IMG/VR virus record: IMGVR_UViG_3300036770_002019
Span: 22,683-86,682 of that record
DNA: 64,000 bases
From: an uncultured virus (IMG/VR IMGVR_UViG_3300036770_002019)
Taxonomy: Duplodnaviria; Heunggongvirae; Uroviricota; Caudoviricetes; Crassvirales
Direction: 5' to 3' (one strand)
Both the position numbers and the translations under genes were made by a program. The notes beneath the pieces are model-generated. The model was not told the DNA's origin. It worked only from the letters and a program-made list of their open reading frames with translations, and searched no databases. Of the stretch, positions 39,864 through 50,655 are shown piece after piece (the stretch's first letter is position 1; each line of letters starts with the position of its first letter).

Positions 39864-41032
39864 TATAAGTTCATAAGATTGTTAACGTCACTTTGGATCT
39901 CTGTAATTGCATTAGAATATTCTTTTGCAATAGCAGCTCTCATCTCTTCCCACTCACTGTCAGTCTTAGCTGCATAAGTAGATGAATGATAGATAGATCC
40001 ATTAATCCCAGTCAAACTAGAATGTACGAAATACTGCAAGCAACGAACAGCTCCTGTAGAATCATCAGGTATTGCCCCAACATGCATAGGATCTACAAAC
40101 ACATTGTGAATCTCACCTGAGTAATTGTTGATGTACACCAATCCCCCAAAATGAAGACCTTTAACACAAGATGCACGATCGTTAGTGTTTACTTTATCCC
40201 AAGAATCTAAGCGATGTACACATCCCACTTTAATGAAATGCCCAGGCTTAGAATATCCATTAGGGCCCTCACAATAGAATGCATCTCCACCTTGACCTTG
40301 AACTGCAGGTTCAAACAAACGATCTTCTACAAACTCTGGGAGACCTTCAGATTCAATCTCCCCAGTATCTGCGTTGAATGTACGCTTATATCTATCTACA
40401 ATCTCCCCAGTCGCAGTATCAAACTTGTGTAGAATCTCCCTAGATACTTTGTACCCATTCAATAACCCCTCTTTAGTGATTTTGATTTGATACATAGTAG
40501 CTCTTTCCTCAGCAACTTCTTCACTGAGTCCATGCTTCTCCATAAACTCTTTCTTAAGTTTAGGGTGAACATACTTCATGTTAATGAAATTGAACATTCT
40601 CTCAGAGAACTCTTCACCTCTCCCATCTTTGAGCTTTGTGCGAAGAACAGGGTTACGTAACCAACGAGTCCATAATTTAATAAGAGGTTCAAAATCTACC
40701 CCCATATCCATAGACTCGTAGATACGATCTACAAGAGCTTTAGGTATAGGAACATTTGTGATACTTGTACCGCTTTTCAAGAAAAACTCTTTTGTTACAG
40801 GATTAACATAAATGAATTCACACTTATCTTGAACAAGTTTAGAGTAATCATGAATTAGTAAAGTAGAGAACTCTTCTAAAGCAAGATTGTACTCCTGGAT
40901 AGTTGTTGCAGTATTTGCTTTGTCAGCTACTTTCAACATTGACTGATACAAATCTCTATCGTATGATACAGAAAACGATTCGTTTCCATACGATCCGCTG
41001 ATGTGATCATTAATAACATTTACACTAATCAT
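39863..41032 (-). CDS. rIIB-like protein
   Basis: GYK, SCVKGLHFG and VDPMHVGAIP motifs; directly downstream of the rIIA-like gene. Confidence 0.75.
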   Translation of the reverse strand: MISVNVINDHISGSYGNESFSVSYDRDLYQSMLKVADKANTATTIQEYNLALEEFSTLLIHDYSKLVQDKCEFIYVNPVTKEFFLKSGTSITNVPIPKALVDRIYESMDMGVDFEPLIKLWTRWLRNPVLRTKLKDGRGEEFSERMFNFINMKYVHPKLKKEFMEKHGLSEEVAEERATMYQIKITKEGLLNGYKVSREILHKFDTATGEIVDRYKRTFNADTGEIESEGLPEFVEDRLFEPAVQGQGGDAFYCEGPNGYSKPGHFIKVGCVHRLDSWDKVNTNDRASCVKGLHFGGLVYINNYSGEIHNVFVDPMHVGAIPDDSTGAVRCLQYFVHSSLTGINGSIYHSSTYAAKTDSEWEEMRAAIAKEYSNAITEIQSDVNNLMNL

Positions 41033-41053
41033 AAATTTTTAATTTTAAAGTGT

Positions 41054-43684
41054 TTATACTTGTGGTAAATTAATTTCAATATCAAGCTTACCACGAGACT
41101 TGATGTAATGTTCTATTTCTTTCTTGAAATCTTCATCTTTATAGTACGGAAATCTCAAATTATCTAGTATGTGATGTATCCCTTCTATAAACTCATCCTT
41201 TGTTCTAGCAAGTTTAACTATCTCAGAATCAAATGCTTCAACTGCTTTTATATCTGTAAAAATAAACAATTCCCTTGACTTATTCGCTACAAGTGTATCA
41301 TCATAATTAACAGACTCACAGTAAGTTTGGAATTCAACAAACTTGTCTATGAGCTCAACAATATCCGAATGTCCTCCGTCAGGAAAACCTGCATATTTAG
41401 TTTTATATTCATCCAACAATTCGTACATTTTTGGGTAATCAAGGCTGATAAAATCTAACTCATTCAACCAATTTGGGAGAGTCTTGATAGATCTACCAGT
41501 GATCCATTTAACTAAATGATGGTCCATAGTAATAGTATTGCGATTAGAATCGTAATCATAAAAGAATGTATCTATATGCTTACAATTAGGGTTTTGTTCA
41601 AGATACTTAAGTTTGTCTTCACTTACTTTTAATAGTTGTGGTACTGGTAATTCTTTGTCACTCCTACTATTACCTTTAAATCTTTCTTGAGGATAATCTA
41701 CATAGAATATGTATTGTTGATTGTACCAATAACCTAATGAATGATATAAATGCGATGCGTTGATATTAAATTTCTTCAAAACACTTGCTGCGAACATCAA
41801 CTTATCCCCATCTTTACTACTACCGTAATAAGTTATTTTTTCGGAATGAAGTAACGTACTTAGTTTAGGCTCTACTTTATCCCACACATATTCATTTTCA
41901 TGAATACGAATGCTATATGCAACTACTCTAGATTCTAATTCCCGCTTTTGGCTTGGGGTTAATGATTTAGATTCATCAACCTTATCTAAAAACTCATCAA
42001 TATTCGCTAAAGCTTTTCTATATTCATCTGGTACTACAACATCCTCATAAGATTTAGTAAGTTCAGATTTCTCTAAATACCCAAATATCTTATTTCTATG
42101 ATGCAAAAGTTTTGCAGCTTGAGTTGCATCTAAATCATCAGCTATGAACTCTGCAATTTCCCTAGCTTCAATAATTATGATTCTATCAAACTGCTCTGTG
42201 AGGTATGTATCTTTAGCTCTGTCTCTTGGAGTTTCAGAATCTTTAATAAAGACAGCATCAAAGTTGAATGTCAACCAGGTAGTTACAGCCTCTGAAGTAA
42301 TACTTACCTTCCCAGATTTAGTTACAGATTGAATTACTTCCCTTACATGCAATCCTTTGAATAAAGCTTTTGGACCTATAAAAGTAATAGCAGAATCTTT
42401 GGGATATTTAGGTTTAATATCCTCTGTATCAATGATCTTACTGATTTGCCTAAGAGCACTATTAGAATTATTAGAAGATTTGTGTAATACATCCCTGCAA
42501 GCTTGTAACCATTTGAGGAAGTCATCTTCTTGCAGTTGTTCCTCTACAAGATTTGTGGCCTCTAAAGCAGCATTCTTAATTACTCCCTGAATAAATAGTT
42601 TAGTTGGTTCATTCCATATAACTTTCTCTCTTGATGGGGTTACTTCTACACCATCCTGTATTACAATCTCTTCCCCAGTCTCTGGGTTCTTTATACTTTG
42701 TCGTACAGGACATTTCAAACCTACACTACCGTACAATTGTTCCATCTCAAGCTCTCTAAAATCAACATACCCGTAGTTAATACCTGCAGTTGACTTTACA
42801 TCTTTAACTACTACAATGTGAGGTTTGTTGTATATGCTTGAGTTAGTTACAATAATACTATCAGAATTGTGAATAATCTGATTGTGTATACTTTTCTCCC
42901 ACTTTGTCCCATCTTCATGTATAAACAATTTTACGTTGTGTAAGTAATTTAGTTGATCTTGTACCGATTCTTCGAACCTAGATCTATTATGCTTCTTAAC
43001 CCCAAATGAAACTATTGTGTAGTTCTTTTCCTCAGTCTCTTCATAATGCACTTTAGTCCCATCACTAAATTCAATGTACGGGTTAAACTGTGGAATTATG
43101 AAATCTGTTTTGTATGGGTAACAGTTACATTTAAACTTTTTCCCATTGTGTACAGTTTCAATTGTGTAGAAATCTACCCCAGTAGATAATGCTACTTTAG
43201 CCCCTAAACCAAAGGCCCCGAAGTTTTGTGAAGTATTACGTTTAGTAGAATATCCTAATTCTAGTACACCCTCTAAACGTTTACCCCCAATACCCACACC
43301 ACAGTCTATGATTTCTATTTTATCACAATACCCAATCCCCTCATTACGATAATAGTTAATAATGATGTCATTGGTGTCTTGATTCAAACAGTTCAAATCA
43401 TAGTAGTCAGGGTTAAAGTTAGAATCAGAATATTGTTCCCCATCTCTTCTGATGAAGTAATCTTCTTCTGTTTTTACCCCTGTTAAAATCTCAATAGCTA
43501 TCTCCTTCTCTCGTTGAGAATCGCATGCATTTGTTACAAGCTCTCTAATAGTAGAAGGAATAGGGTTAGAATACTGAGTTGCTTGGAGTATGTCAAACAC
43601 CATCTTCTCAGCACCTTTGTTTATGCGTTTAGATACACCATCAATATTAGATTGTATATCCGCATCTATAGTTTTGATACTCAT
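41054..43684 (-). CDS. rIIA-like protein (GHKL ATPase)
   Basis: YSNPIPSTIRELVTNACDS, DCGVG, GAFGLGAK, TPSRE. Confidence 0.85.
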   Translation of the reverse strand: MSIKTIDADIQSNIDGVSKRINKGAEKMVFDILQATQYSNPIPSTIRELVTNACDSQREKEIAIEILTGVKTEEDYFIRRDGEQYSDSNFNPDYYDLNCLNQDTNDIIINYYRNEGIGYCDKIEIIDCGVGIGGKRLEGVLELGYSTKRNTSQNFGAFGLGAKVALSTGVDFYTIETVHNGKKFKCNCYPYKTDFIIPQFNPYIEFSDGTKVHYEETEEKNYTIVSFGVKKHNRSRFEESVQDQLNYLHNVKLFIHEDGTKWEKSIHNQIIHNSDSIIVTNSSIYNKPHIVVVKDVKSTAGINYGYVDFRELEMEQLYGSVGLKCPVRQSIKNPETGEEIVIQDGVEVTPSREKVIWNEPTKLFIQGVIKNAALEATNLVEEQLQEDDFLKWLQACRDVLHKSSNNSNSALRQISKIIDTEDIKPKYPKDSAITFIGPKALFKGLHVREVIQSVTKSGKVSITSEAVTTWLTFNFDAVFIKDSETPRDRAKDTYLTEQFDRIIIIEAREIAEFIADDLDATQAAKLLHHRNKIFGYLEKSELTKSYEDVVVPDEYRKALANIDEFLDKVDESKSLTPSQKRELESRVVAYSIRIHENEYVWDKVEPKLSTLLHSEKITYYGSSKDGDKLMFAASVLKKFNINASHLYHSLGYWYNQQYIFYVDYPQERFKGNSRSDKELPVPQLLKVSEDKLKYLEQNPNCKHIDTFFYDYDSNRNTITMDHHLVKWITGRSIKTLPNWLNELDFISLDYPKMYELLDEYKTKYAGFPDGGHSDIVELIDKFVEFQTYCESVNYDDTLVANKSRELFIFTDIKAVEAFDSEIVKLARTKDEFIEGIHHILDNLRFPYYKDEDFKKEIEHYIKSRGKLDIEINLPQV

Positions 43685-43950
43685 TTAGGTAATACTTTTA
43701 ATACTTGTTTATAATTAAAAAGTTGAATTGCAGTTAGATTATACTCATGTAGCTTTAAAACTCTGGAGGTGTGGTAGCTGCATATGTACCGTTTTCTAAA
43801 TTTTGAAAAATCATAATCATAAACTGTGTCAGGTAACCATATGTATGTGAAATTGGAACTTCTAGATATCCCTGCAAACACTCCAATAGTAAATGAATTT
43901 GAAAAGCTTACAGCTATTATATCCCCTACTTTAAAATCATCTATGTCCAT
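43681..43950 (-). CDS. Hypothetical protein
   Basis: Coupled to the rIIA-like gene. Confidence 0.55.
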   Translation of the reverse strand: MDIDDFKVGDIIAVSFSNSFTIGVFAGISRSSNFTYIWLPDTVYDYDFSKFRKRYICSYHTSRVLKLHEYNLTAIQLFNYKQVLKVLPK

Positions 43951-43965
43951 AAAGCTTTGTAAATT

Positions 43966-43994
43966 AAAAACCCCAACTTGTTATGTTGGGGTTT
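43966..43994 (-). terminator. Intrinsic terminator
   Basis: Minus strand AAACCCCAAC-ATAACAA-GTTGGGGTTT followed by a T tract. Confidence 0.75.
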
Positions 43995-44469
43995 CCATGT
44001 TTAAAATCGTTTCAATAGTTTTTAGAATCTGATTTTGATTCCTTGGGACGAATAACATTGGGGGGTCATCCATCTCCATTAGATGCTTTTTAAACATCTT
44101 CCATTTAAGTGGGAAACGATCATTAGCGTATCCTTTACACTCAATAATCCATTTTCCTTTAGGATCAACAAAATCTGGGGTATAAGTAATATCCCTTACT
44201 TTGAATTCTTTTTTATCCGCGTACCCAGTCTTTCCGTTATCTTCAAAGCTAGAGTTAGGGTAATGAAATCCTTCGAGAAGAACATATTTATGCTTTTCAT
44301 AGTCATTCTTAATGTTATTCTCTTTGAGTTTATTGTAGCAGAATGCTTCTAGCATTGATCTAAAAGCTATACCATCAACTGTTTTACTCTTAGAGATTAT
44401 TCTTCCTCTACTTGTGGTACCAGTCCCAGGTACATTTCTTTGTCCAGTTCTTTTACCTCTTCTAGCCAT
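43981..44469 (-). CDS. PD-(D/E)xK endonuclease (Holliday resolvase/DUF1064-like)
   Basis: FRSMLE, YTPDF, IIECKG. Confidence 0.8.
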   Translation of the reverse strand: MARRGKRTGQRNVPGTGTTSRGRIISKSKTVDGIAFRSMLEAFCYNKLKENNIKNDYEKHKYVLLEGFHYPNSSFEDNGKTGYADKKEFKVRDITYTPDFVDPKGKWIIECKGYANDRFPLKWKMFKKHLMEMDDPPMLFVPRNQNQILKTIETILNMETPT

Positions 44470-44615
44470 TCTCTTTCTAATTTTCGGGCGGTGTAAATAT
44501 CCCCAACATCTAATTTAGTCTTTGTCCCCAAATTAGCCATCATTACTGCAGACTTTTTTAGAATATAATCAATCTTTTCTTTAACTATTGGGTCAGTGAA
44601 GTACGGTGTGTCCAT
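44397..44615 (-). CDS. Hypothetical protein
   Basis: ORF between primase and nuclease. Confidence 0.5.
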   Translation of the reverse strand: MDTPYFTDPIVKEKIDYILKKSAVMMANLGTKTKLDVGDIYTARKLEREWLEEVKELDKEMYLGLVPQVEEE

Positions 44616-45606
44616 AATATGTAGATTTTAAAAAGTTAGATGCCTCATCCAATCCATGATTCATGATAAGATCTGATATATCCTTAGATTTATAAAAATC
44701 TGGGATACATACATTGAAAAGGTTATACTGTTCACAGATCTTAGTAGCCATAGTTTGGCCAGGATTTCTTTCTTTATCAAAATCATTATCGTATAATACA
44801 CTTACATACTCAAACCGTGACTTTAAATCGTCTATCAATTCCTGTTTAGGGAACTGCATTTCGCTTTGAAGTGCAACAGCTTGATACCCTAATTCGTGTA
44901 AAGACATTACATCCTTAAGAGAGCTTGTAATAACAACGTGCTCCCCAGTTTCTGAAAGTTGATTATATCCTTGAATACAGTCTTCAGATACATTACTAAC
45001 CCACTTACAATCTAAATCTTTGGGGGAATAGATTTTTACCCCAGATTTAAAGTTGTACACGTAGCTTAGATCTTTGCATTTGAACCTATTTCCGTTAATC
45101 CAGAAATAATCTATTGGGTGTACCCCAAATGTAAGTAAAACTTTTGGGGTTATCCCAAACATTCCCCAAAAGTTTAAATCTTTTTGCTCGAAGGATCTTT
45201 TTCTGACTTTAATTTCAGAATGATTTTTCTCTGAGATCTTTTCGTAAACATCCAATCCGTAAGTTCTTGCACTTTTGAACCCACCCATCTCCCCAGAGAG
45301 ATTGAGCCCAAAATCACTAGAAATAACTTTAAGACATCCCAAAAAATCAACATTGTGTTTGTACATAACATAACTAAAACAGTTAAATGTGTGACTTGGT
45401 TCCCCAAAATCTTTGTATACTAATCTCCCATTTATTTTAGCTATTGCTACAGTAGGGGAGTTATCAACACGTAAATCTGATTTAAACTTCTTCCCAACTT
45501 CCTTAAAGTTAGGGCAATAATGCTTGAATATATCAAATTCTGTGATCTTAGCTAGTATTACATCTGAATGAAGATAGTCATTACTACCTCTAGATTGTAT
45601 TCCCAT
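44593..45606 (-). other. DNA primase (TOPRIM)
   Basis: N-terminal S.LR.DNSPT/YKDFG domain; ITSSLKDVM, YDND and KDISD motifs; ATG45606 preferred. Confidence 0.82.
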
Positions 45607-45612
45607 AACACA

Positions 45613-45620
45613 CAAAATTA
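45613..45620 (-). promoter_or_regulatory. Bacteroidota-type -7 promoter element (TAnnTTTG)
   Basis: TAATTTTG just upstream of the primase ATG and just after a terminator. Confidence 0.45.
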
Positions 45621-45625
45621 ATAAT

Positions 45626-45660
45626 AAAAAAAATAGGGAGGCCTTTACGACCCCCCTATT
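45626..45660 (-). terminator. Intrinsic terminator
   Basis: Minus strand AATAGGGGGGTC-GTAAA-GGCCTCCCTATT followed by a T tract. Confidence 0.75.
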
Positions 45661-45677
45661 CTTAACCTAACCAAAAC

Positions 45678-46430
45678 TTACCAAGGTGCGCTATCAGTAT
45701 CGCTACTGATCGTATCATCGGCAACAATCAAATTTGGGGAGTAATTTTGCAACACTAAATCTGGGTTAAATTCAGCATTAAAATTACCATACTCATCGTT
45801 AAGAGCCTTTACAAACAAATCATCACGTTTTGGTTTTAGACGACCGAAGTGTTTAGTGTAAACCTGTTGATACTTCCCATCTTTAACACCTAGCAATACT
45901 CTTACACGGTTATCCGCAAGACTGCTAACTAAAGACTTAAGCTCAGATACATCACCTTTAACAATGTTGTCAATTGTCTCTAAGTAACAATCTCCACCAT
46001 TAGCTACGTTAGCCCATGCTTTGATAAACTCTAACAGAGTATCTTCCCCAACATAAGCTTTACGAACTCCTTCACTCTTATACCAATCGTATTTTGTCGA
46101 AGGATCACTCTCTGACCATGATATTTGACCACGATTGTTAGTCCACATAAATTTATCCCCAGCCTTGTTAGTTCTAACTTGAGGCTGTGTCAATATCTCT
46201 ATGCGAGTCATGATATCTGGACTTGTGTGCTGTACCCAGAATGTGATCTTCTGATACTCTTGATCTGATAGAGTTACAACATAGTCAGGCTCAGTCTTTA
46301 GATTGATACCTAACCCTGATAACTCTTCAAGAGTTGGGTTTACAGCTACTACTTTAACAGGGGCAATGCCAGTATATAACTGTACCCCACCTGCTACTTC
46401 TTGTTCTGAATTATTACTTGCAACTGCCAT
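45678..46430 (-). CDS. Putative ssDNA-binding protein
   Basis: LYTGIAPVKVVAVNPT pattern, acidic tail ending in PW, position near the Sak4-like ATPase. Confidence 0.55.
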   Translation of the reverse strand: MAVASNNSEQEVAGGVQLYTGIAPVKVVAVNPTLEELSGLGINLKTEPDYVVTLSDQEYQKITFWVQHTSPDIMTRIEILTQPQVRTNKAGDKFMWTNNRGQISWSESDPSTKYDWYKSEGVRKAYVGEDTLLEFIKAWANVANGGDCYLETIDNIVKGDVSELKSLVSSLADNRVRVLLGVKDGKYQQVYTKHFGRLKPKRDDLFVKALNDEYGNFNAEFNPDLVLQNYSPNLIVADDTISSDTDSAPW

Positions 46431-46437
46431 TTATGTA

Positions 46438-46779
46438 TTAATTAAAGTCTGTGTTAAAATCGTTTTGTTCAACTTCTTGGATAGCATCCAAAATGTTAGT
46501 TTGGTTTGGGTCAACTGTCTCCATCTGTTCTACTGTGTCATCTATCAGTTGAAAGCGAAGAGTTGTAAGTTTGTTCTTACGTACTCTCTTACCTTTCAAT
46601 GACGGGTGTTGAAACATAATTTTGATTTCTGCAGCTGTAAGGTTATACTTCTCTGCAATCTTGTCACGATCTAAACCATTTTCAAGATCTTTAATTACCC
46701 CACTTACAGTAATTACTGCTGGGGTTGTAGACATAGTAGTACTTTGTGTACTTTCGTTTTGAATTTGCGCGTCAATCAT
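46438..46779 (-). CDS. HTH-containing hypothetical protein
   Basis: GLDRDKIAEKYNL. Confidence 0.55.
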   Translation of the reverse strand: MIDAQIQNESTQSTTMSTTPAVITVSGVIKDLENGLDRDKIAEKYNLTAAEIKIMFQHPSLKGKRVRKNKLTTLRFQLIDDTVEQMETVDPNQTNILDAIQEVEQNDFNTDFN

Positions 46780-46799
46780 CGCTTTTAAATTTTAAAAAA

Positions 46800-47510
46800 T
46801 TAATCAATAAAAATTTTTGTCCAATCAAGTTCCATAACTTGACCTTTAAGGTGATCACAGCGTGAGCCTGCGTTTATGTCCGTCCCAGAATCGAAACTAA
46901 TCATAGTTTTATCATTCTCTCTGTAAACATATCCGATAGCGTCAGCGTTGGCGCAAGTGATACTTCTAATTTTACCAGTAAGATCTAGATCTTTAGAAGT
47001 AACTTCTTTCCCTTTCTTCTCTGTTACTTTGTCCTTTAAGTGACCTACAAGAATGATATGATCTGCAAGCTTATTCAACCTGTCTAACCATTTTTTGTAA
47101 GCAATTCTTAAGTACAAATAACCAGCACCTTGAGGTAAAGAGAGTACAGACAAACCTTTATTTTCTGGGTCAAAGTTTTTGCCCATAGGAGTATCTCTGT
47201 ACAATTGTTTAGCCTCTGCTTCGCACCATACCTCTAATTGTGTGACAGTGTCTATAGCTATATATTTGTAAGGTTTCCCTTCATTTATAATAGCTCTCCC
47301 AATGTTAGATAGTTCTGACAGATTGTTAGCTTTGATCTTTAAAGCTTCAACCATATCACTACCATCCTCTAAGTCAATGATTAGACAGTTATCTAAATTA
47401 GCTAGTGTAGTGGTCTTACCAATCTTTGGTGGACCGTACATAACAAAGTTTTTCGGGGATTTACGTGTTGCCCCAACTTTGGTTTTAGGAAGATTTAATT
47501 GCTCGTTCAT
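46800..47510 (-). CDS. AAA_24/Sak4-like ATPase (recombinase)
   Basis: Walker A GPPKIGKTT, Walker B IAIDT, ILVGH. Confidence 0.85.
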   Translation of the reverse strand: MNEQLNLPKTKVGATRKSPKNFVMYGPPKIGKTTTLANLDNCLIIDLEDGSDMVEALKIKANNLSELSNIGRAIINEGKPYKYIAIDTVTQLEVWCEAEAKQLYRDTPMGKNFDPENKGLSVLSLPQGAGYLYLRIAYKKWLDRLNKLADHIILVGHLKDKVTEKKGKEVTSKDLDLTGKIRSITCANADAIGYVYRENDKTMISFDSGTDINAGSRCDHLKGQVMELDWTKIFID

Positions 47511-48441
47511 GAATTGTAAATGTTGATAAATCTGTTTGAAATGGGATCATTCCTAATAAACCATCCCTGTTTTTTTCGATGTGCACTGCCAACAATCCTA
47601 TAGGATCTTCCCCGCAATATGCGTCTGTAATCCCATACAAATCATACGGTCGTTGCAGCATCATCACCACATGCGCATCCTGACCAATAGAATCGCCCCC
47701 AAACAAATCTGTTAAGAGAGGTTGGTATTGATTTTTGGCGCGATGCTCTTGCTCGATATTCCTGTTAAGTTGAGATAAAAGTATCGTAATACTACCCATT
47801 CTTGCTTGCATCCACATGCACCCTTTAGAGAGTACATTAAGATTTTGCAATTCTGTTTCCTCTCTCCCAAGTACAAGTCGTGAGTGGTCGATCAAATTGA
47901 CAACAGTTCTCTGAGGATGCTTGTTAAAAATTCGTTCGTTAACCTTTTTCACTGCATTCATATCTTGAGGAATAGAACAAAAATAAATGGGGTAGTTTTT
48001 ATACTTCTGTGTTTCATTTACATAACGTTGATACTTATCTTCTGATAGTTTTTGCTCAACAGATAACAGTTCAAATGTTTGAAGTTTAGTGTCTTTTGAA
48101 CCAGCTCTCAGAATTTGCTGGTCTCCAGGCATCTCGAAACTCCAATAAACAACCATCATATCTTTTTGAGCATTCTCATCCAGAAGATCAAATATCAACT
48201 GATTACTAAATGCACTTTTCCCAACACCAGGTCTACCTGCAATAACGTACATCTTTCCTGGTTGTAATCCCCCCATTAAATTCTTATTCAACCTTTTCCA
48301 TTTAGTAGGGAGTACGTTCCGCTTACCCAACATCCCATCTCTGACATGCTGAATAGAACGCTCTACTTCTTTGGAAATGTGCCTAAGAATGGGAAGATTA
48401 GAGTTGTCTTGTGATTCTTGAGGTAAGTTTACTTGGTTCAT
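47485..48441 (-). CDS. dnaB: DnaB-like replicative helicase
   Basis: GRPGVGKS, SFEM, LSQLNR, IGQDA, KNRDG. Confidence 0.9.
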   Translation of the reverse strand: MNQVNLPQESQDNSNLPILRHISKEVERSIQHVRDGMLGKRNVLPTKWKRLNKNLMGGLQPGKMYVIAGRPGVGKSAFSNQLIFDLLDENAQKDMMVVYWSFEMPGDQQILRAGSKDTKLQTFELLSVEQKLSEDKYQRYVNETQKYKNYPIYFCSIPQDMNAVKKVNERIFNKHPQRTVVNLIDHSRLVLGREETELQNLNVLSKGCMWMQARMGSITILLSQLNRNIEQEHRAKNQYQPLLTDLFGGDSIGQDAHVVMMLQRPYDLYGITDAYCGEDPIGLLAVHIEKNRDGLLGMIPFQTDLSTFTIHERAIKSS

Positions 48442-48940
48442 TTATGTTCATATTTACATACTTTTCCCAAGTATGATTATTTACCCATGTAACTAATTGC
48501 TGCATGTACTTCAATTGATCACTCGTTCTACGAATATCAAGTTCTGTCTGCAAAGCTTTTATGACTTCTAAATGCTTACCAACATTGCCATTAATGTACT
48601 TCTCGTATTTAAGTCTAGCTTTCTCATTAGCTTTTGCCATTGGGTCATTAGCCCTGAGAACACGATTTTCTACTCGAAGAGGAAAATGGGACAGTAAGTC
48701 AGACCACATTTGAAGGAAAGGGGTAGATAACGGTGCGTTAAATTTATCCCTAACCACATGGTCTTCAACTGACTGCCCCATTTTTAGGTATCCGTTGGTT
48801 TGCAAAGATTCTGGATCTACGTTAAGATTCAGAGTGTTTAGAACATCATAGGCTTTATGCTGCAACAGGTACAAATATAAATAATCATCAGCATTTATCC
48901 CAAGAATTTTAAGAGTTTCTGTACTAATTTCTACATTCAT
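48398..48940 (-). CDS. Replication-associated protein (possible helicase loader/initiator)
   Basis: Directly upstream of DnaB; TWVNNHTWE motif. Confidence 0.45.
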   Translation of the reverse strand: MNVEISTETLKILGINADDYLYLYLLQHKAYDVLNTLNLNVDPESLQTNGYLKMGQSVEDHVVRDKFNAPLSTPFLQMWSDLLSHFPLRVENRVLRANDPMAKANEKARLKYEKYINGNVGKHLEVIKALQTELDIRRTSDQLKYMQQLVTWVNNHTWEKYVNMNINEPSKLTSRITRQL

Positions 48941-48949
48941 ACTAAAAAT

Positions 48950-49264
48950 TTAAACATCTTGTTTAAATACTATAGTTACTTCCACTCCTTTAATGTTAAA
49001 TGTAATTTTAGATGGGGTCTCAATATTATCTAAGTCTACATTCTTGGCAGTTTCATTGACTTCTTTGAATGGGACTATACGATTATACTTCATGTACCAG
49101 TATCTAGAAATTACACTGTTTTCAGTTCTCCCTAATTTAGCTGCAACTTCTTTCGCAGCTTTGTTCCTGTTAAATGAAGATTCAAGTTCTGAATACACTA
49201 ATAAATCTTCTGAACTCTCGTACCTTCTTCTGTTTCTATTTCGTGTTGAATACGTTGAATACAT
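48950..49264 (-). CDS. HTH protein
   Basis: VAAKLGRTENSVISRY. Confidence 0.55.
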   Translation of the reverse strand: MYSTYSTRNRNRRRYESSEDLLVYSELESSFNRNKAAKEVAAKLGRTENSVISRYWYMKYNRIVPFKEVNETAKNVDLDNIETPSKITFNIKGVEVTIVFKQDV

Positions 49265-50423
49265 CTTCCGTTGAATTTAACCATTGTACATTACTAAGTT
49301 TACTCACAGCATTTTCTAACCACTTTTCTTCCTGAGAATCTTTAACATAAAGAATAAAAATCTTACCGACTTTGTTCTCAGAAAGTCTAAGCAGTCTACC
49401 TACTCGCTGTATCATAGGTAAGGCTTTACTATCAAGTCCTGCAATAATCCCAATCTCAGAGTCAGCAACATCAAATCCTTGGTTCAAAGCTTTAGTAGAG
49501 CAGAGAATATTATTCTCCCCATTCTTAAACTTTTGAATTAATCTTTCACGCACGACTTTAGATTTGCCGCTATGATAAGATAATCCCCCAAGAGTTTTTG
49601 ACAAGCTATCTGTAAAGGTATTAGTCCCAGAGAATACTAGCAGCTTTTTACCAGGGTATTGATCTAATATAAACTTTGATACAGCTAGTTTATTACTTGC
49701 ATGCTGAACCACTTCTTTTCTGTCCCTAATTCCCTTGTAAAACATAGCTGCAGCTGCTTTATCTCCCTGCATAGTCCCAGCTAATATAGCTTGAGCATTA
49801 TTAAATGCATCAAACTGTCCTAGCTTGTACTTAGCATGTACAAAAAGATTGTTAGCTTTTTTATACGTTGCTGCTTCCTCGTCAGTTAAACTAATTGGGA
49901 GACAGTACACATTGTACGGAGCAACCAAACCTAAAGTAACGCAAGCATCTAAAGAAATAGAATAATTGATTGGGGCTAAGTTTATGAGAATTTCTCTGTA
50001 TTCTGGTTCCTCTGGGAGAGTTGCCGTCAAACAAAGTAGTTTATCATAAGTGTTCTGTTCAAAAAACTTACGATATACTGGGCTCAAACCTAAGTGTACC
50101 TCATCACAAATTACTATAGAGTAGTGTTCCCCATTTAGTTTGTGTGCTGACTGATAGCAAATTATATCAATGCTGTCTAGTACATCCCCATAACCCCACT
50201 TCTTAAACTCTAGTTTAAACTGTTCTTGTAGCTGATTTGTTGGGACTAATACTAACCCTTTACCTTGGTACTTTCTTATTACAAGCCCTACAGCAAGAAC
50301 AGCACATCTACTCTTCCCAAAACCTGTCCCAGCTATAATGCTGCCATTGTAACCATGTGCAGCCCAAGCATTTAAAGCTTTTCTTTGTTCTGCATCTTTA
50401 ATACTCAGTGTAGGTTGTGTCAT
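49236..50423 (-). CDS. Superfamily 2 helicase
   Basis: GTGFGKS, DEVH, LTAT, QRVGR; ATG50423 preferred. Confidence 0.9.
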   Translation of the reverse strand: MTQPTLSIKDAEQRKALNAWAAHGYNGSIIAGTGFGKSRCAVLAVGLVIRKYQGKGLVLVPTNQLQEQFKLEFKKWGYGDVLDSIDIICYQSAHKLNGEHYSIVICDEVHLGLSPVYRKFFEQNTYDKLLCLTATLPEEPEYREILINLAPINYSISLDACVTLGLVAPYNVYCLPISLTDEEAATYKKANNLFVHAKYKLGQFDAFNNAQAILAGTMQGDKAAAAMFYKGIRDRKEVVQHASNKLAVSKFILDQYPGKKLLVFSGTNTFTDSLSKTLGGLSYHSGKSKVVRERLIQKFKNGENNILCSTKALNQGFDVADSEIGIIAGLDSKALPMIQRVGRLLRLSENKVGKIFILYVKDSQEEKWLENAVSKLSNVQWLNSTEDVFNVFNTK

Positions 50424-50655
50424 ATTTGATAACCGTGTTAAAAAGTTTTCGTTCAATCTCCTCTAATACTCTCCCATCTAACAACACTAAGATGCACTCT
50501 TTCTTGTGTTTAACACTTAACAAGTTAATGTCTGCAGAGAAAGAGAAAAAAGACAAATCTAAAGGATCATACTCAAAAGTAACTTCAAGCATCACATCTT
50601 CAATGTCTATAATAGTTGTATTAGTAATCATAAATCCAGAATATAAGTTGAACAT
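50398..50655 (-). CDS. Hypothetical protein
   Basis: Fills the gap on the coding strand; start uncertain. Confidence 0.4.
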   Translation of the reverse strand: MFNLYSGFMITNTTIIDIEDVMLEVTFEYDPLDLSFFSFSADINLLSVKHKKECILVLLDGRVLEEIERKLFNTVIKYDTTYTEY